From an uncultured bacterium (GTDB lineage: Bacteria; Patescibacteriota; Patescibacteriia; CAIQCM01): DNA of 40,029 bases. Position numbers and translations under genes: made by a program. The stretch covers positions 845,537 through 885,565 of the forward strand of contig OY970181.1 in NCBI GenBank assembly GCA_963708045.1, written 5' to 3'. Each line of letters starts with the position of its first letter. The first letter of the stretch is position 1. Positions 15,543-25,075 of the stretch are shown here, piece after piece. The notes under the pieces are model-generated. The model saw only the letters and a program-made list of their open reading frames with translations, did no database searches and was not told the DNA's origin.

Positions 15543-17495
15543 ATGTCTTCAACACCATACGATCACGAACACGAGAACGAAGTGATTCCTTTTGCGGTCA
15601 CTAATTTTCGCGGTGCCGCCAGGCGTTTTGGCATAAAAACCGATGATCGTCGTCGGCACGTTTATGTTATCGGTAAAACTGGTATGGGCAAAACGACGAT
15701 GATTGAAAATATGGTGATGGCTGATATTTACGCCGGTCATGGTGTTGGCATTGTTGATCCGCACGGCGACTATGCTGAGCACGTTATTGAATGTATTCCC
15801 GCGAGCCGGATAAACGATGTTGTTTATTTTAACCCGTCGGATGTTGATTTTCCGGTTGGCTTTAATGTTCTGGAAGCGGTTGATGAAACGCACAAACATC
15901 TTATTGCTTCGGGTCTAATGGGCGTTTTTAAAAAGATTTGGCCGGATGTGTGGAGCGCGCGTATGGAGCACATTATGAACAACGTCATTTTGTCGCTTTT
16001 GGATTATCCTGGTTCAACCTTGCTTGGCATTAACCGCTTACTCACGAACAAAAGTTTTCGCGCCCGTGTTGTCGCTAGCATCAAAGATCCAGTCGTAAAA
16101 GCGTTTTGGGTTGACGAATATAATATTTGGGAAGATAAATTCAGAAAAGAAGCAATCGCCGCCATTCAAAACAAGGTTGGGCAATTTCTTTCGGCCTCCA
16201 TTATTCGCAATATGTTGGCGCAGGTTAAGTCCACAATTGACATTCGTGAAATAATGGACAATCGTAAAATTTTTATAATGAACTTGGCCAAGGGTAGAAT
16301 CGGCGAAGATAATTCCAAACTTTTGGGCGGAATGTTGATTACAAAAATTCAGCTCGCGGCGATGGAACGCGTGGACACGCCCGAAAAAGACCGCCAAGAC
16401 TTTTATCTTTATGTTGACGAGTTTCAAAATTTTGCCACGCAGTCGTTTGCCAATATTTTGTCCGAAGCTCGCAAATACCGGCTTAATTTGATTGTCGCTC
16501 ATCAATTTATTGAACAGCTTGACGAAGAATACGTTCGCCCAGCCATTTTTGGTAACGTTGGTACAATTGTTGTTTTCCGCGTTGGCGCCAAAGACGCCGA
16601 GTTTATGGAAAACGAGTTTATGCCGACCTTTACCATTCAAGACTTGGTCAACCTTACTAAATTTCAAGTCTATCTAAAACTTATGATTGACGGCGTTTCT
16701 TCAACGCCGTTTTCCGCCGACACCTTGCCGCCGTTTGCCGTAAAAACCGGCAATACGGAAAAGGTGATTCGCGTTTCACGCGAACGATATGCCGTGCCAA
16801 GGGCGGTCATAGAAGAAAAGGTTATTCGTTGGAGCGAACCTGAAGAAGGGGATGTGCAAGACTCCGAAGATCGCCCCAAAAAACAAAAACCAAAATTTGA
16901 AGCCGTCTGTTCCAGATGCAGCACGCATTTCACCGTTGGTTTTAAATATGATGAAAAGCGTCCTATCTATTGTGAAGATTGCCTTGAATTAGTGCGTTCC
17001 GGCGCCGCCAAGTCGGTGCGTTTGCCAACCCCTGTTGCTGTGTCCTTGCCACCGACCATTATAACGACACCTACCGCTCCTGTCGCTCCTGCTCCTCCCG
17101 TTCGTGCTGTTCCACTTAGCGCTCTTCATAGCGAAACCCCGGCAAAAGTCGTCAATCGTCCACGATTGGTTGTGGAAAATAAATCAGCCACCAATCAGAC
17201 TCGGCCGCCCTTCTCGTCAAAACCAGATTTAACCGCTAGACCTTCGCCGACTTTTAAGCCGCGTCCACTTGTTAATCAAAATTATTCACAAACGATTCGT
17301 CCGACGGCAAAACCAATTGCGCCACCTCCGCCGTCGGTTCCGCCATCAACAAACCCGAGTGGAAATAACCAACAACCCCTTTCCCAAGCTGAGCAACCGC
17401 GGGTGGTAGCAACTGCGCCAGAAGAAGTTATTCCCGCACCGCTTCCACCTTCGCCAATTTCTTATCCGCCACCGCCTCCTCCGCCGCACGAATAG
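15543..17495 (+). CDS. VirD4/TraG-like (HerA/FtsK superfamily) ATPase with CxxC-x17-CxxC zinc module and Pro-rich tail
   Basis: RRRHVYVIGKTGMGKTT (Walker A), DPHGD, YVDEFQNF (Walker B), SEARKY, AHQ and CSRC-x17-CEDC. Confidence 0.88.
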   Translation: MSSTPYDHEHENEVIPFAVTNFRGAARRFGIKTDDRRRHVYVIGKTGMGKTTMIENMVMADIYAGHGVGIVDPHGDYAEHVIECIPASRINDVVYFNPSDVDFPVGFNVLEAVDETHKHLIASGLMGVFKKIWPDVWSARMEHIMNNVILSLLDYPGSTLLGINRLLTNKSFRARVVASIKDPVVKAFWVDEYNIWEDKFRKEAIAAIQNKVGQFLSASIIRNMLAQVKSTIDIREIMDNRKIFIMNLAKGRIGEDNSKLLGGMLITKIQLAAMERVDTPEKDRQDFYLYVDEFQNFATQSFANILSEARKYRLNLIVAHQFIEQLDEEYVRPAIFGNVGTIVVFRVGAKDAEFMENEFMPTFTIQDLVNLTKFQVYLKLMIDGVSSTPFSADTLPPFAVKTGNTEKVIRVSRERYAVPRAVIEEKVIRWSEPEEGDVQDSEDRPKKQKPKFEAVCSRCSTHFTVGFKYDEKRPIYCEDCLELVRSGAAKSVRLPTPVAVSLPPTIITTPTAPVAPAPPVRAVPLSALHSETPAKVVNRPRLVVENKSATNQTRPPFSSKPDLTARPSPTFKPRPLVNQNYSQTIRPTAKPIAPPPPSVPPSTNPSGNNQQPLSQAEQPRVVATAPEEVIPAPLPPSPISYPPPPPPPHE

Positions 17496-17520
17496 TCGGT
17501 AGTGAAAATTAATAATTCAT

Positions 17521-17551
17521 AAGCCTGCGAAGGTGACAATCGCGGGTTTTT
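17521..17551 (+). terminator. Intrinsic terminator
   Basis: AAGCCTGCGA...TCGCGGGTTT followed by TT. Confidence 0.6.
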
Positions 17552-17567
17552 ATGTTATTGATTCGTT

Positions 17568-18635
17568 ATGAACGAATTAGACGATAAAAAAGTCGTCCTC
17601 GGCTTGTCTGGTGGTGTGGACTCGGCCGTTGCCGCATATCTTCTTAAAAAAGACGGATACGATGTCTCCGGCGTTTTTTTGCGCAATTGGACGGAAGATG
17701 ACGAAACCGGCGTCTGTACTTCCAAAATTGATCGCGAAGACGCGATGCGGGTTGCTTCAAAATTGGGAATCTCATTTATTACGTTGGATTATGAAAAAGA
17801 ATATCGCGAGCGGGTTTTTTCTTTTTTACTCAAAGGTTTGTCTGAAGGATTAACGCCAAACCCAGACGTTCTCTGCAACCCACTTATTAAATTTGAAGCG
17901 CTTTCGGCAATTGCCGACAAAGTTGGCGCCAAGTGGATTGCGACCGGTCATTATGCGCGTCGTGAAAACGAAAAATTACTAGCTGGTATTGATAAAGAAA
18001 AAGATCAGAGTTATTTTTTGTCACGACTGACACCTGATCAACTAAAGCGTTCACTCTTCCCGATTGGTATATATACAAAAACACAAGTTCGTGAAATGGC
18101 TAAAGAAATTGGTTTGCACTTGGCAGAAAAAGCCAGCACCTCGGGTATTTGTTTTATTGGCGAAAGAAATTTTGTGGATTTTATAAGGGAACGTGTTCCG
18201 GCGAAAAAAGGACCGATTATTACCACCGATGGCAAGGTTGTAGGCGAGCATACTGGCTTGCCTTTTTATACTATTGGTCAGCGTCACGGTTTTGGTCACG
18301 CGGAAAGCGGCGGAATCCCGTATTACGTTGCCCAAAAACGTTTTAAAGAAAACACTTTGGTTATCGCTCCGGCATATGATGAAACATTATTTAAAACCGA
18401 AGTAACGGTAATCTATCCGCATTGGCTCGTTAAGACTCCGGAACTGCCGCTAAAATGCCAATGCCGAATTCGTTATCGTCAAGCGCTCGTAGCGTGCCAA
18501 GTTTTGCCAAATAGCGAAGAAAACGATAAACTAAAGATCGTTTTTAACGATTCGCAACGTGCGGTCACGCCTGGCCAATATGCTGTTTTTTATGATGGCG
18601 ATGTTTGCTTGGGGTCGGCGATGATTAGTCAATAA
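17568..18635 (+). CDS. mnmA: tRNA-specific 2-thiouridylase MnmA
   Basis: Motifs LSGGVDS, TPNPDVLCN, ATGHYAR, KDQSYFL, GICFIG, YTIGQR and TPGQYAVFY. Confidence 0.97.
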   Translation: MNELDDKKVVLGLSGGVDSAVAAYLLKKDGYDVSGVFLRNWTEDDETGVCTSKIDREDAMRVASKLGISFITLDYEKEYRERVFSFLLKGLSEGLTPNPDVLCNPLIKFEALSAIADKVGAKWIATGHYARRENEKLLAGIDKEKDQSYFLSRLTPDQLKRSLFPIGIYTKTQVREMAKEIGLHLAEKASTSGICFIGERNFVDFIRERVPAKKGPIITTDGKVVGEHTGLPFYTIGQRHGFGHAESGGIPYYVAQKRFKENTLVIAPAYDETLFKTEVTVIYPHWLVKTPELPLKCQCRIRYRQALVACQVLPNSEENDKLKIVFNDSQRAVTPGQYAVFYDGDVCLGSAMISQ

Positions 18636-18637
18636 AT

Positions 18638-19042
18638 ATGGAAATTTCTCTTAATAACGAACAATTTTTAACACTTTTGGAAGCTGTGCACGCCGCGGCG
18701 CATATTTGTCCGTCGCCGGAAATTATTGAGTTGGAAAATGATTTGCTTCAAAAAGCCGTTTCTGTTGGTGTTCCGGGAATCGTCTTTGAAGAAGATCGGT
18801 TAATGCTCGGGAATATTTTTACCAAGCCGTTGCATGACCGCTTGGATAAATACGATGAAATCGTTTTTTGGCGGTCGCTGGCCGAAGAAATGGCGGACAA
18901 AGATTTACGTCTAAAGTTTGGCGAAGAAACAATTGCCGCGATGACTGACGATGAATATTTTGAAAAATCAGCTCCGCTTATTACTGAATACGACGAAGAA
19001 TTCAAAAACCACGGCACTGACCGTTTAATTATTACCCTATGA
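18638..19042 (+). CDS. Hypothetical acidic protein
   Basis: 134-aa ORF tightly packed between mnmA and alaS, with an ATGA overlap on the alaS start. Confidence 0.7.
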   Translation: MEISLNNEQFLTLLEAVHAAAHICPSPEIIELENDLLQKAVSVGVPGIVFEEDRLMLGNIFTKPLHDRLDKYDEIVFWRSLAEEMADKDLRLKFGEETIAAMTDDEYFEKSAPLITEYDEEFKNHGTDRLIITL

Positions 19043-20841
19043 CGAGCAACGAAATCCGACAAAAATTTTTAGAATTTTTTGTCTCAAAAGGGCACACGCG
19101 TGTGCCGTCGTCTTCACTCATCCCGGATGATCCGTCGGTTCTGCTCACGACCGCTGGGATGCAGCAATTTAAGCCGTACTACGCCGAACTTGACCCGACA
19201 ACAACGATTCATCCATCGCTCGGAAAACCAATTGGCCGCAATGCCTGCTCGGTGCAAAAATGTTTCCGAACTTCCGACATTGACGAAGTTGGCGACGCCA
19301 CGCATCTCACCATGTTCGAGATGTTGGGAAATTTTAGCTTTGGTGGTTATTTTAAAAAAGAGGCAATCGCGTACGCTCACGAATTTATTACCAAAATCGT
19401 CGGCCTGCCGATTTCGTATGTAACGATTTTTAAAGGTTCCGATGTTGTGCCAAAAGATCTTGAATCAAAAGAGATTTGGAATTCGCTTGGCGTTACCGAC
19501 GTGCGTGAAGAGGGGATGGAAGATGTTTTTTGGGGCCCAACTGGTTCAAAAGGCCCGTGCGGACCAACGACGGAAATTTATTGCAAAACTTCCGAAGGAA
19601 AAGATGTTGAGGTTTGGAACATCGTCTTTAATGAATTTCTTTGCTCGTCTTCGCGTGAAGACTTGCTTGCTGGTAAAGCTGAGCTATCAAAATTACCAAC
19701 GCCGGGCGTGGACACGGGAATGGGTTTTGAACGCCTAGTCACAATCGTTCAAAAGACCGCTTCCATTTACGACACTGACGCTTTTCAAACTATCTTCGGC
19801 GACCTGCTTGCACAAGATAACAAAAAAAGCGCGCGCATTGTTTCTGATCATTTGCGTGCCGGTGTTTTTCTTCTAGCCGACGGAGTTACGCCATCAAACA
19901 AAGATCGCGGTTATATTTTGCGGCGGATTTTGCGACGTTTGGTTGTTCACTCACAAAAAATTGAATTATCAAAAAACGATCTCCTTTCAAGAATTGATGC
20001 CGTTACCGCGATGTATAGCACCGCTTATCCCGAGCTCGGGATAAACCTTATTGTTGTTAAAGATGAGCTGATTAAGGAGTATGACAAATTCTCAAATGCT
20101 TTAAGGGATGGATTAAATAAATTTAATAAAATGTTCCTTGTTGCTAAAAATGACCCCGCGATCTTTGTTGAAGCAATGGCAAAAAACGCTTTTGACCTGT
20201 ATCAATCGTCTGGCTTGCCGTTTGACGTCACTTTTGATCTTTTGGACGAGAGTGGTTTTGCTTACGATCGCGTTACTCTTCAAAAGAAGGCAGCCGCTTT
20301 GATGAAAGAACACCAAGAAATTTCCAAAGCCGGTTCAGCGGGTAAGTTTGGCGGGCACGGATTGGTTTTGACTGGCGAAGTTAAGGCTTCAAACGACGAA
20401 GAAGTAAAAAAGGTGACACGGATGCATACGGCCACCCACTTGCTCCACAAGGCGCTCCGAATGGTTCTAGGTGACGAAGTTCATCAGCAAGGTTCGGACA
20501 TAACGCCAGAACGACTTCGCTTTGACTTTACCTACCCGCAAAAATTATCCGAAGAGCAACTTTCGCAAGTAGAAAAAATTGTTAATGATGAGGTTGTCAA
20601 TGATGATCAGGTAACAATGGTTGAGATGCCGTTTAAACAGGCGGTGGCAGAAGGCGCGCTCGCGTTTTTCAAAAACAAGTATCCGGAAACCGTCAAAGTT
20701 TATAGCGTTGGTGGTTTCTCAAAAGAGGTTTGCGGCGGCCCGCATGTTACCCACAGTTTGGAAGTTGGAAAAGTAAAAATTATCAAAGAAGAAGCTGTTT
20801 CTGCGGGAATTCGTCGCATCAGGGCAACCATAGAGCCATAA
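19039..20841 (+). CDS. alaS: Alanine--tRNA ligase (compact form lacking C-Ala)
   Basis: Motifs TTAGMQQFKP, VQKCFR, FEMLGNFS, DTGMGFER, editing HTATHLL and CGGPHV. It ends at IRRIRATIEP. Confidence 0.96.
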   Translation: MTSNEIRQKFLEFFVSKGHTRVPSSSLIPDDPSVLLTTAGMQQFKPYYAELDPTTTIHPSLGKPIGRNACSVQKCFRTSDIDEVGDATHLTMFEMLGNFSFGGYFKKEAIAYAHEFITKIVGLPISYVTIFKGSDVVPKDLESKEIWNSLGVTDVREEGMEDVFWGPTGSKGPCGPTTEIYCKTSEGKDVEVWNIVFNEFLCSSSREDLLAGKAELSKLPTPGVDTGMGFERLVTIVQKTASIYDTDAFQTIFGDLLAQDNKKSARIVSDHLRAGVFLLADGVTPSNKDRGYILRRILRRLVVHSQKIELSKNDLLSRIDAVTAMYSTAYPELGINLIVVKDELIKEYDKFSNALRDGLNKFNKMFLVAKNDPAIFVEAMAKNAFDLYQSSGLPFDVTFDLLDESGFAYDRVTLQKKAAALMKEHQEISKAGSAGKFGGHGLVLTGEVKASNDEEVKKVTRMHTATHLLHKALRMVLGDEVHQQGSDITPERLRFDFTYPQKLSEEQLSQVEKIVNDEVVNDDQVTMVEMPFKQAVAEGALAFFKNKYPETVKVYSVGGFSKEVCGGPHVTHSLEVGKVKIIKEEAVSAGIRRIRATIEP

Positions 20842-20871
20842 TTTGGCTTAACAAAGCAAATAGACTATCCC

Positions 20872-20947
20872 TTGACGCAATTAAAAATTTCGCTTAACAT
20901 AGTTAGTAGATTGGCTACTTGCCAATTTAATTAGATTTTGATAATAT
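20872..20947 (+). promoter_or_regulatory. Tandem sigma70 promoters for the infA-rpsI cluster
   Basis: TTGACG-17-TAACAT (20872-20900) and TTGCCA-17-TAATAT (20919-20947). Confidence 0.6.
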
Positions 20948-20951
20948 CGCT

Positions 20952-21182
20952 GTGTCAACTGACGCGTCCTCGTCAAAGGACGTAATAGAAGTGCGTGGCT
21001 CAATTGTAGAATTGCTACCGGCCGCAACCTTCAAAATTAAATTAGAAACCGGTCAGACCATCATTGGCTATCTGTCTGGAAAGATGCGCTTGAACCGCAT
21101 TCGCCTTTTACCGGGGGATGAGGTTAAGGTCGCTATTACTCCTTACGATTTAACCAAAGGTAGGATCGTATACCGATACTAG
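20952..21182 (+). CDS. infA: Translation initiation factor IF-1
   Basis: Sequence [41 protein letters not shown]. Confidence 0.97.
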   Translation: MSTDASSSKDVIEVRGSIVELLPAATFKIKLETGQTIIGYLSGKMRLNRIRLLPGDEVKVAITPYDLTKGRIVYRY

Positions 21183-21207
21183 CTTTTTTTATTTACTATA
21201 AAATAAA

Positions 21208-21324
21208 ATGAAAGTCCGATCTTCTGTAAAAAAAATCTGTGCCGAATGTCTGCTTGTCCGAAGAGGAAAGCACCTTTTTATTATCTGTAAAAAATCTCCG
21301 AAACATAAACAGCGTCAGGGCTAA
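21208..21324 (+). CDS. rpmJ: 50S ribosomal protein L36 (Zn-binding type), absent from the ORF track
   Basis: Manual translation [38 protein letters not shown], in its usual position between infA and rpsM. Confidence 0.97.
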   Translation: MKVRSSVKKICAECLLVRRGKHLFIICKKSPKHKQRQG

Positions 21325-21344
21325 GCCTGCGCCTTATATCAACT

Positions 21345-21731
21345 ATGGCTCGTATCGCCGGACTAACACTTCCACCAAATAAAAAAACCGAGGTTGCTCT
21401 TACCTACCTTTATGGTATCGGTCTTACGCTCGCCAAAAAGGTATTGGCCGAAACCAAGGTTGACGGTAATAAGCGCATTAAGGACTTGACCGAGGACGAA
21501 GTTAACCTTCTCCGCGCGCTTATAGAAAAAACCTACAAAGTTGAAGGTGAATTGCGCCGCGACGTAATGAGTAACATTAAACGTCTCAAAGATATCGGTT
21601 GTTATCGCGGTTCCCGCCATGCCAAAGGTTTGCCGGCGCGCGGTCAACGCACCAAAACAAATAATCGCACTGTCCGCGGTAACGTTCGTCGTACAATGGG
21701 CAGTGGACGTACTAAACTTGAAAAGACATAA
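21345..21731 (+). CDS. rpsM: 30S ribosomal protein S13
   Basis: MARIAG, YGIG and [20 protein letters not shown]. Confidence 0.98.
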   Translation: MARIAGLTLPPNKKTEVALTYLYGIGLTLAKKVLAETKVDGNKRIKDLTEDEVNLLRALIEKTYKVEGELRRDVMSNIKRLKDIGCYRGSRHAKGLPARGQRTKTNNRTVRGNVRRTMGSGRTKLEKT

Positions 21732-21742
21732 ACCAAAAAACA

Positions 21743-22189
21743 ATGTCAGAAGAAAAGCACAAAAAAAACGCGCCCGCTGAAGCCCCGGAAGAAGGAAAGG
21801 CCAAGGTTAAGCCGCGTGCAAAAAAGAACAAAGCCGCTAAACATGTTACAAGCGGTAAAATTTTCATTCAAGCGACTTATAACAACACAATGATCACAGT
21901 CGCGGACAGCCAAGGCAATGTTTTGGCATGGTCTTCGTCCGGACGAATGGGATTCCGTGGTCCTAAAAAAGCTACTCCTTACGCCGCTTCCATTGTTGTT
22001 AAAGATGTTGCCGACAAAGTTAAGCTAATGGGTTTTAGCGAAGCGAACGTCTTTGTAAAAGGCGTTGGCTCGGGTCGCGATGGCGCGATTCGCGCGCTTC
22101 AGGCTAATGGTTTAACGGTTTTGAATATTAAAGACATTACTCCTATCCCGCACAACGGACCGCGTGCGCCTAAACCTCGTCGCGTCTAA
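21743..22189 (+). CDS. rpsK: 30S ribosomal protein S11
   Basis: ATYNNT, GFRGPKKATPYAA and DITPIPHNGPR. Confidence 0.98.
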   Translation: MSEEKHKKNAPAEAPEEGKAKVKPRAKKNKAAKHVTSGKIFIQATYNNTMITVADSQGNVLAWSSSGRMGFRGPKKATPYAASIVVKDVADKVKLMGFSEANVFVKGVGSGRDGAIRALQANGLTVLNIKDITPIPHNGPRAPKPRRV

Positions 22190-22194
22190 ATCAT

Positions 22195-22806
22195 ATGGCA
22201 AGAAACCTGAAACCAAAACATGCAATGTGTCGCCGCGTCGGCGAAAAGCTCTGCGGATTGGACAAATGTCCAGTCACTCGCCGCGCTTATCCAAAGGGTG
22301 TTCATGGACCGACCTCGCGCCGCCGTCTAACCGGTTACGGCATTCAGCTTTTGGAAAAACAAAAAGCTAAAGTTATTTACGGAATTTTAGAGCGCCAATT
22401 TCGCATCTACATAAAAGAAGCGACTCGCTCCAACGAAAATACCACCGATCGTTTGCTTCAACTTTTGGAGCTCCGCTTGGACAACGTGGTCTACCGCCTT
22501 GGTTTTGCCAAAAGCCGCAGCCAATCCCGCCAAATGGTCGCCCACGGTCACTTTACAGTAAACGGACGCAAGGTTACGATTCCGTCCATTCAGGTTCGCA
22601 TTGGGGACGTCATCGGTATTCGTCCAAACTCGGTTGATAAAAAAATGATCACGGCGGCAAAAGAAACGGTTATTAAAACCGAAACCCCGCCTTGGCTTGC
22701 AATGGACACAGAAACAATGACGGCAAAGGTTATCGGCCTTCCGAGCCCGGCCGAAGCCCGCCCACTCTTTGACCCGAACGCAATCGTAGAATTTTATTCT
22801 CGCTAA
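22195..22806 (+). CDS. rpsD: 30S ribosomal protein S4
   Basis: YGIQLLEKQK, LELRLDNVVYRLGF and IVEFYSR. Confidence 0.98.
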   Translation: MARNLKPKHAMCRRVGEKLCGLDKCPVTRRAYPKGVHGPTSRRRLTGYGIQLLEKQKAKVIYGILERQFRIYIKEATRSNENTTDRLLQLLELRLDNVVYRLGFAKSRSQSRQMVAHGHFTVNGRKVTIPSIQVRIGDVIGIRPNSVDKKMITAAKETVIKTETPPWLAMDTETMTAKVIGLPSPAEARPLFDPNAIVEFYSR

Positions 22807-22828
22807 AAACGCTCTTTATTTTAATCAT

Positions 22829-23629
22829 ATGGAGCCAATACGTCTCCCATCAAAAATTGAATTAACCCCCGGCGAGAACGAGTTTCAGGCAACACTCGTC
22901 GTCGAACCTTGTTATCAAGGTTTTGGAACCACGCTTGGAAATTCCTTGCGTCGTGTTCTCCTGTCGTCGCTTCCGGGCGCGGCGGTAACCGCCGTTAAGA
23001 TCACCGGCGCGGAACATGAGTTTTCCACCGTTCCGAACATCAAAGAAGATGTTTTGGAATTAATTTTAAACCTCAAGCAATTGCGCTTGCGTGTTTCTTC
23101 GGAAGAACCGGTTCGTTTGACGCTTAAAAAGTCTGGCGAAGGAAAGGTTAAAGCCAAAGACATTCAAGGTTTGACCGGCGTTGAAATCGTTAACCCCGAC
23201 CTTCATATCGCCACAATCACCGATCCTAACGGCGAATTGGAAATGGAAATCTTTGCCGCTCGCGGCCGTGGTTTTGTCACGACCGAAGAACGCGGAAAAG
23301 AAAAAGAAATCGGCGTGATCGCCATTGACTCCATCTTTACTCCCGTCAGAAATATCGGCTACCAGGTTGTTGATACTCGTGTTGGACAAATCACCAACTT
23401 TGACAAGCTGATAATGAATATTGAAACCGATGGCACAATCACTCCTAAGGAAGCGGTTGAACAGGCTGCCAAGATGTTGCTTGAACACTTTGAACTCTTC
23501 CGCGACCTTTCTGGCGTTTCCGCTAGCCTTGGCGCGATTGTAGAAACCAAAGAAGCGGTTCTGGAAGTTAAAGAAGAAGTAGCCGACGAAGAAACTCCTA
23601 AAAAAGCGAAAAAGAAAAAAACGGAATAA
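22829..23629 (+). CDS. rpoA: DNA-directed RNA polymerase subunit alpha (NTD only, charged tail instead of alpha-CTD)
   Basis: GFGTTLGNSLRRVLLSSLPG, HEFS, IDSIFTPV and ETDGTITPKEA. The protein is 266 aa. Confidence 0.96.
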   Translation: MEPIRLPSKIELTPGENEFQATLVVEPCYQGFGTTLGNSLRRVLLSSLPGAAVTAVKITGAEHEFSTVPNIKEDVLELILNLKQLRLRVSSEEPVRLTLKKSGEGKVKAKDIQGLTGVEIVNPDLHIATITDPNGELEMEIFAARGRGFVTTEERGKEKEIGVIAIDSIFTPVRNIGYQVVDTRVGQITNFDKLIMNIETDGTITPKEAVEQAAKMLLEHFELFRDLSGVSASLGAIVETKEAVLEVKEEVADEETPKKAKKKKTE

Positions 23630-23632
23630 ACT

Positions 23633-23983
23633 ATGCGTCACCGCAATAAGGGCCGCGTTCTCGGCCGACAATCAACTCAGCGCCGACACTTGCTCACGAA
23701 TATCGCGACAAGCGTTATTTTGCACGAGCAGGTTCGCACCACCGAAGCTAAAGCTAAAGAGGTTCGTCCTTTTGTTGAACGAATGATTACTTCGGCAAAA
23801 AATCCGACGTTGGCCGTTCGTCGCAATCTTATTGCTAAGCTTAGGAACGAAAAAGCCGTTAAGAAACTTTTTGAAGTTATTGCCCCGAAATATGCGAAAC
23901 GCGCCGGGGGATATACGCGCATTGTCAAACTTGGTTTTAGACAGGGCGATGCCGCTAAGACTGCGCTTATAGAACTTGTTTAA
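23633..23983 (+). CDS. rplQ: 50S ribosomal protein L17
   Basis: MRHR, TTEAKAKE and GGYTRIVKLGFRQGDAA. Confidence 0.98.
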   Translation: MRHRNKGRVLGRQSTQRRHLLTNIATSVILHEQVRTTEAKAKEVRPFVERMITSAKNPTLAVRRNLIAKLRNEKAVKKLFEVIAPKYAKRAGGYTRIVKLGFRQGDAAKTALIELV

Positions 23984-23985
23984 TT

Positions 23986-24390
23986 ATGACGACCAAGACC
24001 ACTCAATCAAAAATAAAACGCAATACCACGGTTATTGATGCCGAAGGCAAAGTTTTGGGTCGCATTGCCGGTGCCGCGGTTAAGGTGCTTATGGGCAAGC
24101 ATCGCGTGGACTACTCAATGCATCAGGACACCGGCGACTTTGTCCAGATTAAAAACGTTTCCCTAATGAAGATCACGGGTGGAAACAAAATGGTTCAAAA
24201 AGAATATTTGCACTACTCGCAATACCCAGGCGGACTTAAGCGCTCTACGCTTATTGATGAAATGGCAAAAAATCCATCTCGCGTTCTTCGCCGCGCGGTC
24301 GTCCGAATGCTTCCCCGAAATCGCCTGCGCGATATTCGCGCCAAACGTTTAATGATTGAAGGCGAACCAAAAACCAAACGTCTATGGTAG
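23986..24390 (+). CDS. rplM: 50S ribosomal protein L13
   Basis: IDAEGKVLGR, GKH, DTGDFV, YSQYPGGLK and RMLPRN. Confidence 0.97.
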   Translation: MTTKTTQSKIKRNTTVIDAEGKVLGRIAGAAVKVLMGKHRVDYSMHQDTGDFVQIKNVSLMKITGGNKMVQKEYLHYSQYPGGLKRSTLIDEMAKNPSRVLRRAVVRMLPRNRLRDIRAKRLMIEGEPKTKRLW

Positions 24391-24950
24391 AAAAAAAACC
24401 GACAAAAACTGTTACCCACACGAAGCCGACTGCCGAAAAAGCCGCCGCGCCTAAAGTTCGCGCGCCACGCAAGACCGCCCCTAAAAAGGTTGTTGAAGCG
24501 GTTTCCGAAGTTGCTGCGATTGTTGCGCCTAAGGTTAGCGCTTTAAATCCAGTTCCGGCCGAAGGCTACACCAAAGCCAAAGGACGTCGCAAAGAAGCAA
24601 CCGCTCGCGTGCGTTTGATTCCTGACGGAAAAGGCTTGATTACGATTAATGGTCGGCCACTAGAACAATATTTCCAAATTGAATGGGATCGCCAAAATAT
24701 TCTTGCACCGCTTGTTGCTGTTGGTCAGACAAACGATTACGATATTACCGTTCGTGTTGAAGGCGGTGGTATTCAGGGTCAATCCATTGCTGTACGCCAT
24801 GGCATTGCCCGCGCCTTGCTTCTCACAAACGAGGACTACCGCAAAACCTTGCGCCGCGCTGGATTCCTTACTCGCGACCCAAGAGCCAAAGAAAGAAAGA
24901 AACCTGGTTTGAAACGTGCTCGCAAGCGCGGACAATGGGCGAAACGTTAA
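24384..24950 (+). CDS. rpsI: 30S ribosomal protein S9 with Lys/Ala/Pro-rich N-terminal extension
   Basis: GRRKEATARVRL, GGGIQGQ and LTRDPRAKERKKPGLKRARK. Confidence 0.97.
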   Translation: MVEKKPTKTVTHTKPTAEKAAAPKVRAPRKTAPKKVVEAVSEVAAIVAPKVSALNPVPAEGYTKAKGRRKEATARVRLIPDGKGLITINGRPLEQYFQIEWDRQNILAPLVAVGQTNDYDITVRVEGGGIQGQSIAVRHGIARALLLTNEDYRKTLRRAGFLTRDPRAKERKKPGLKRARKRGQWAKR

Positions 24951-24963
24951 ACTAAAAATATTA

Positions 24964-24995
24964 AAAAAACACCTTGCTTTTGCAAGGTGTTTTTT
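24964..24995 (+). terminator. Intrinsic terminator of the r-protein cluster
   Basis: AAAAAACACCTTGC-TTTT-GCAAGGTGTTTTTT. Confidence 0.85.
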
Positions 24996-25075
24996 GTTCT
25001 TCGTTGTCTAATAAACAGAGTCAAAAAATTATAAAATACCTGTCGTTACTTTATTTTTCTCACCAATTTAATACC

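Noticed and set aside
16038-16667. 209-aa antisense ORF (likewise 23066-23671 and other long antisense ORFs)
   Set aside because: They overlap well-supported genes on the opposite strand and show no motifs, consistent with codon-bias shadows.
14137-17495. Conjugative element or ICE
   Set aside because: No relaxase, integrase, att-like repeats or mating-pair genes, and the neighbourhood is mostly housekeeping genes.
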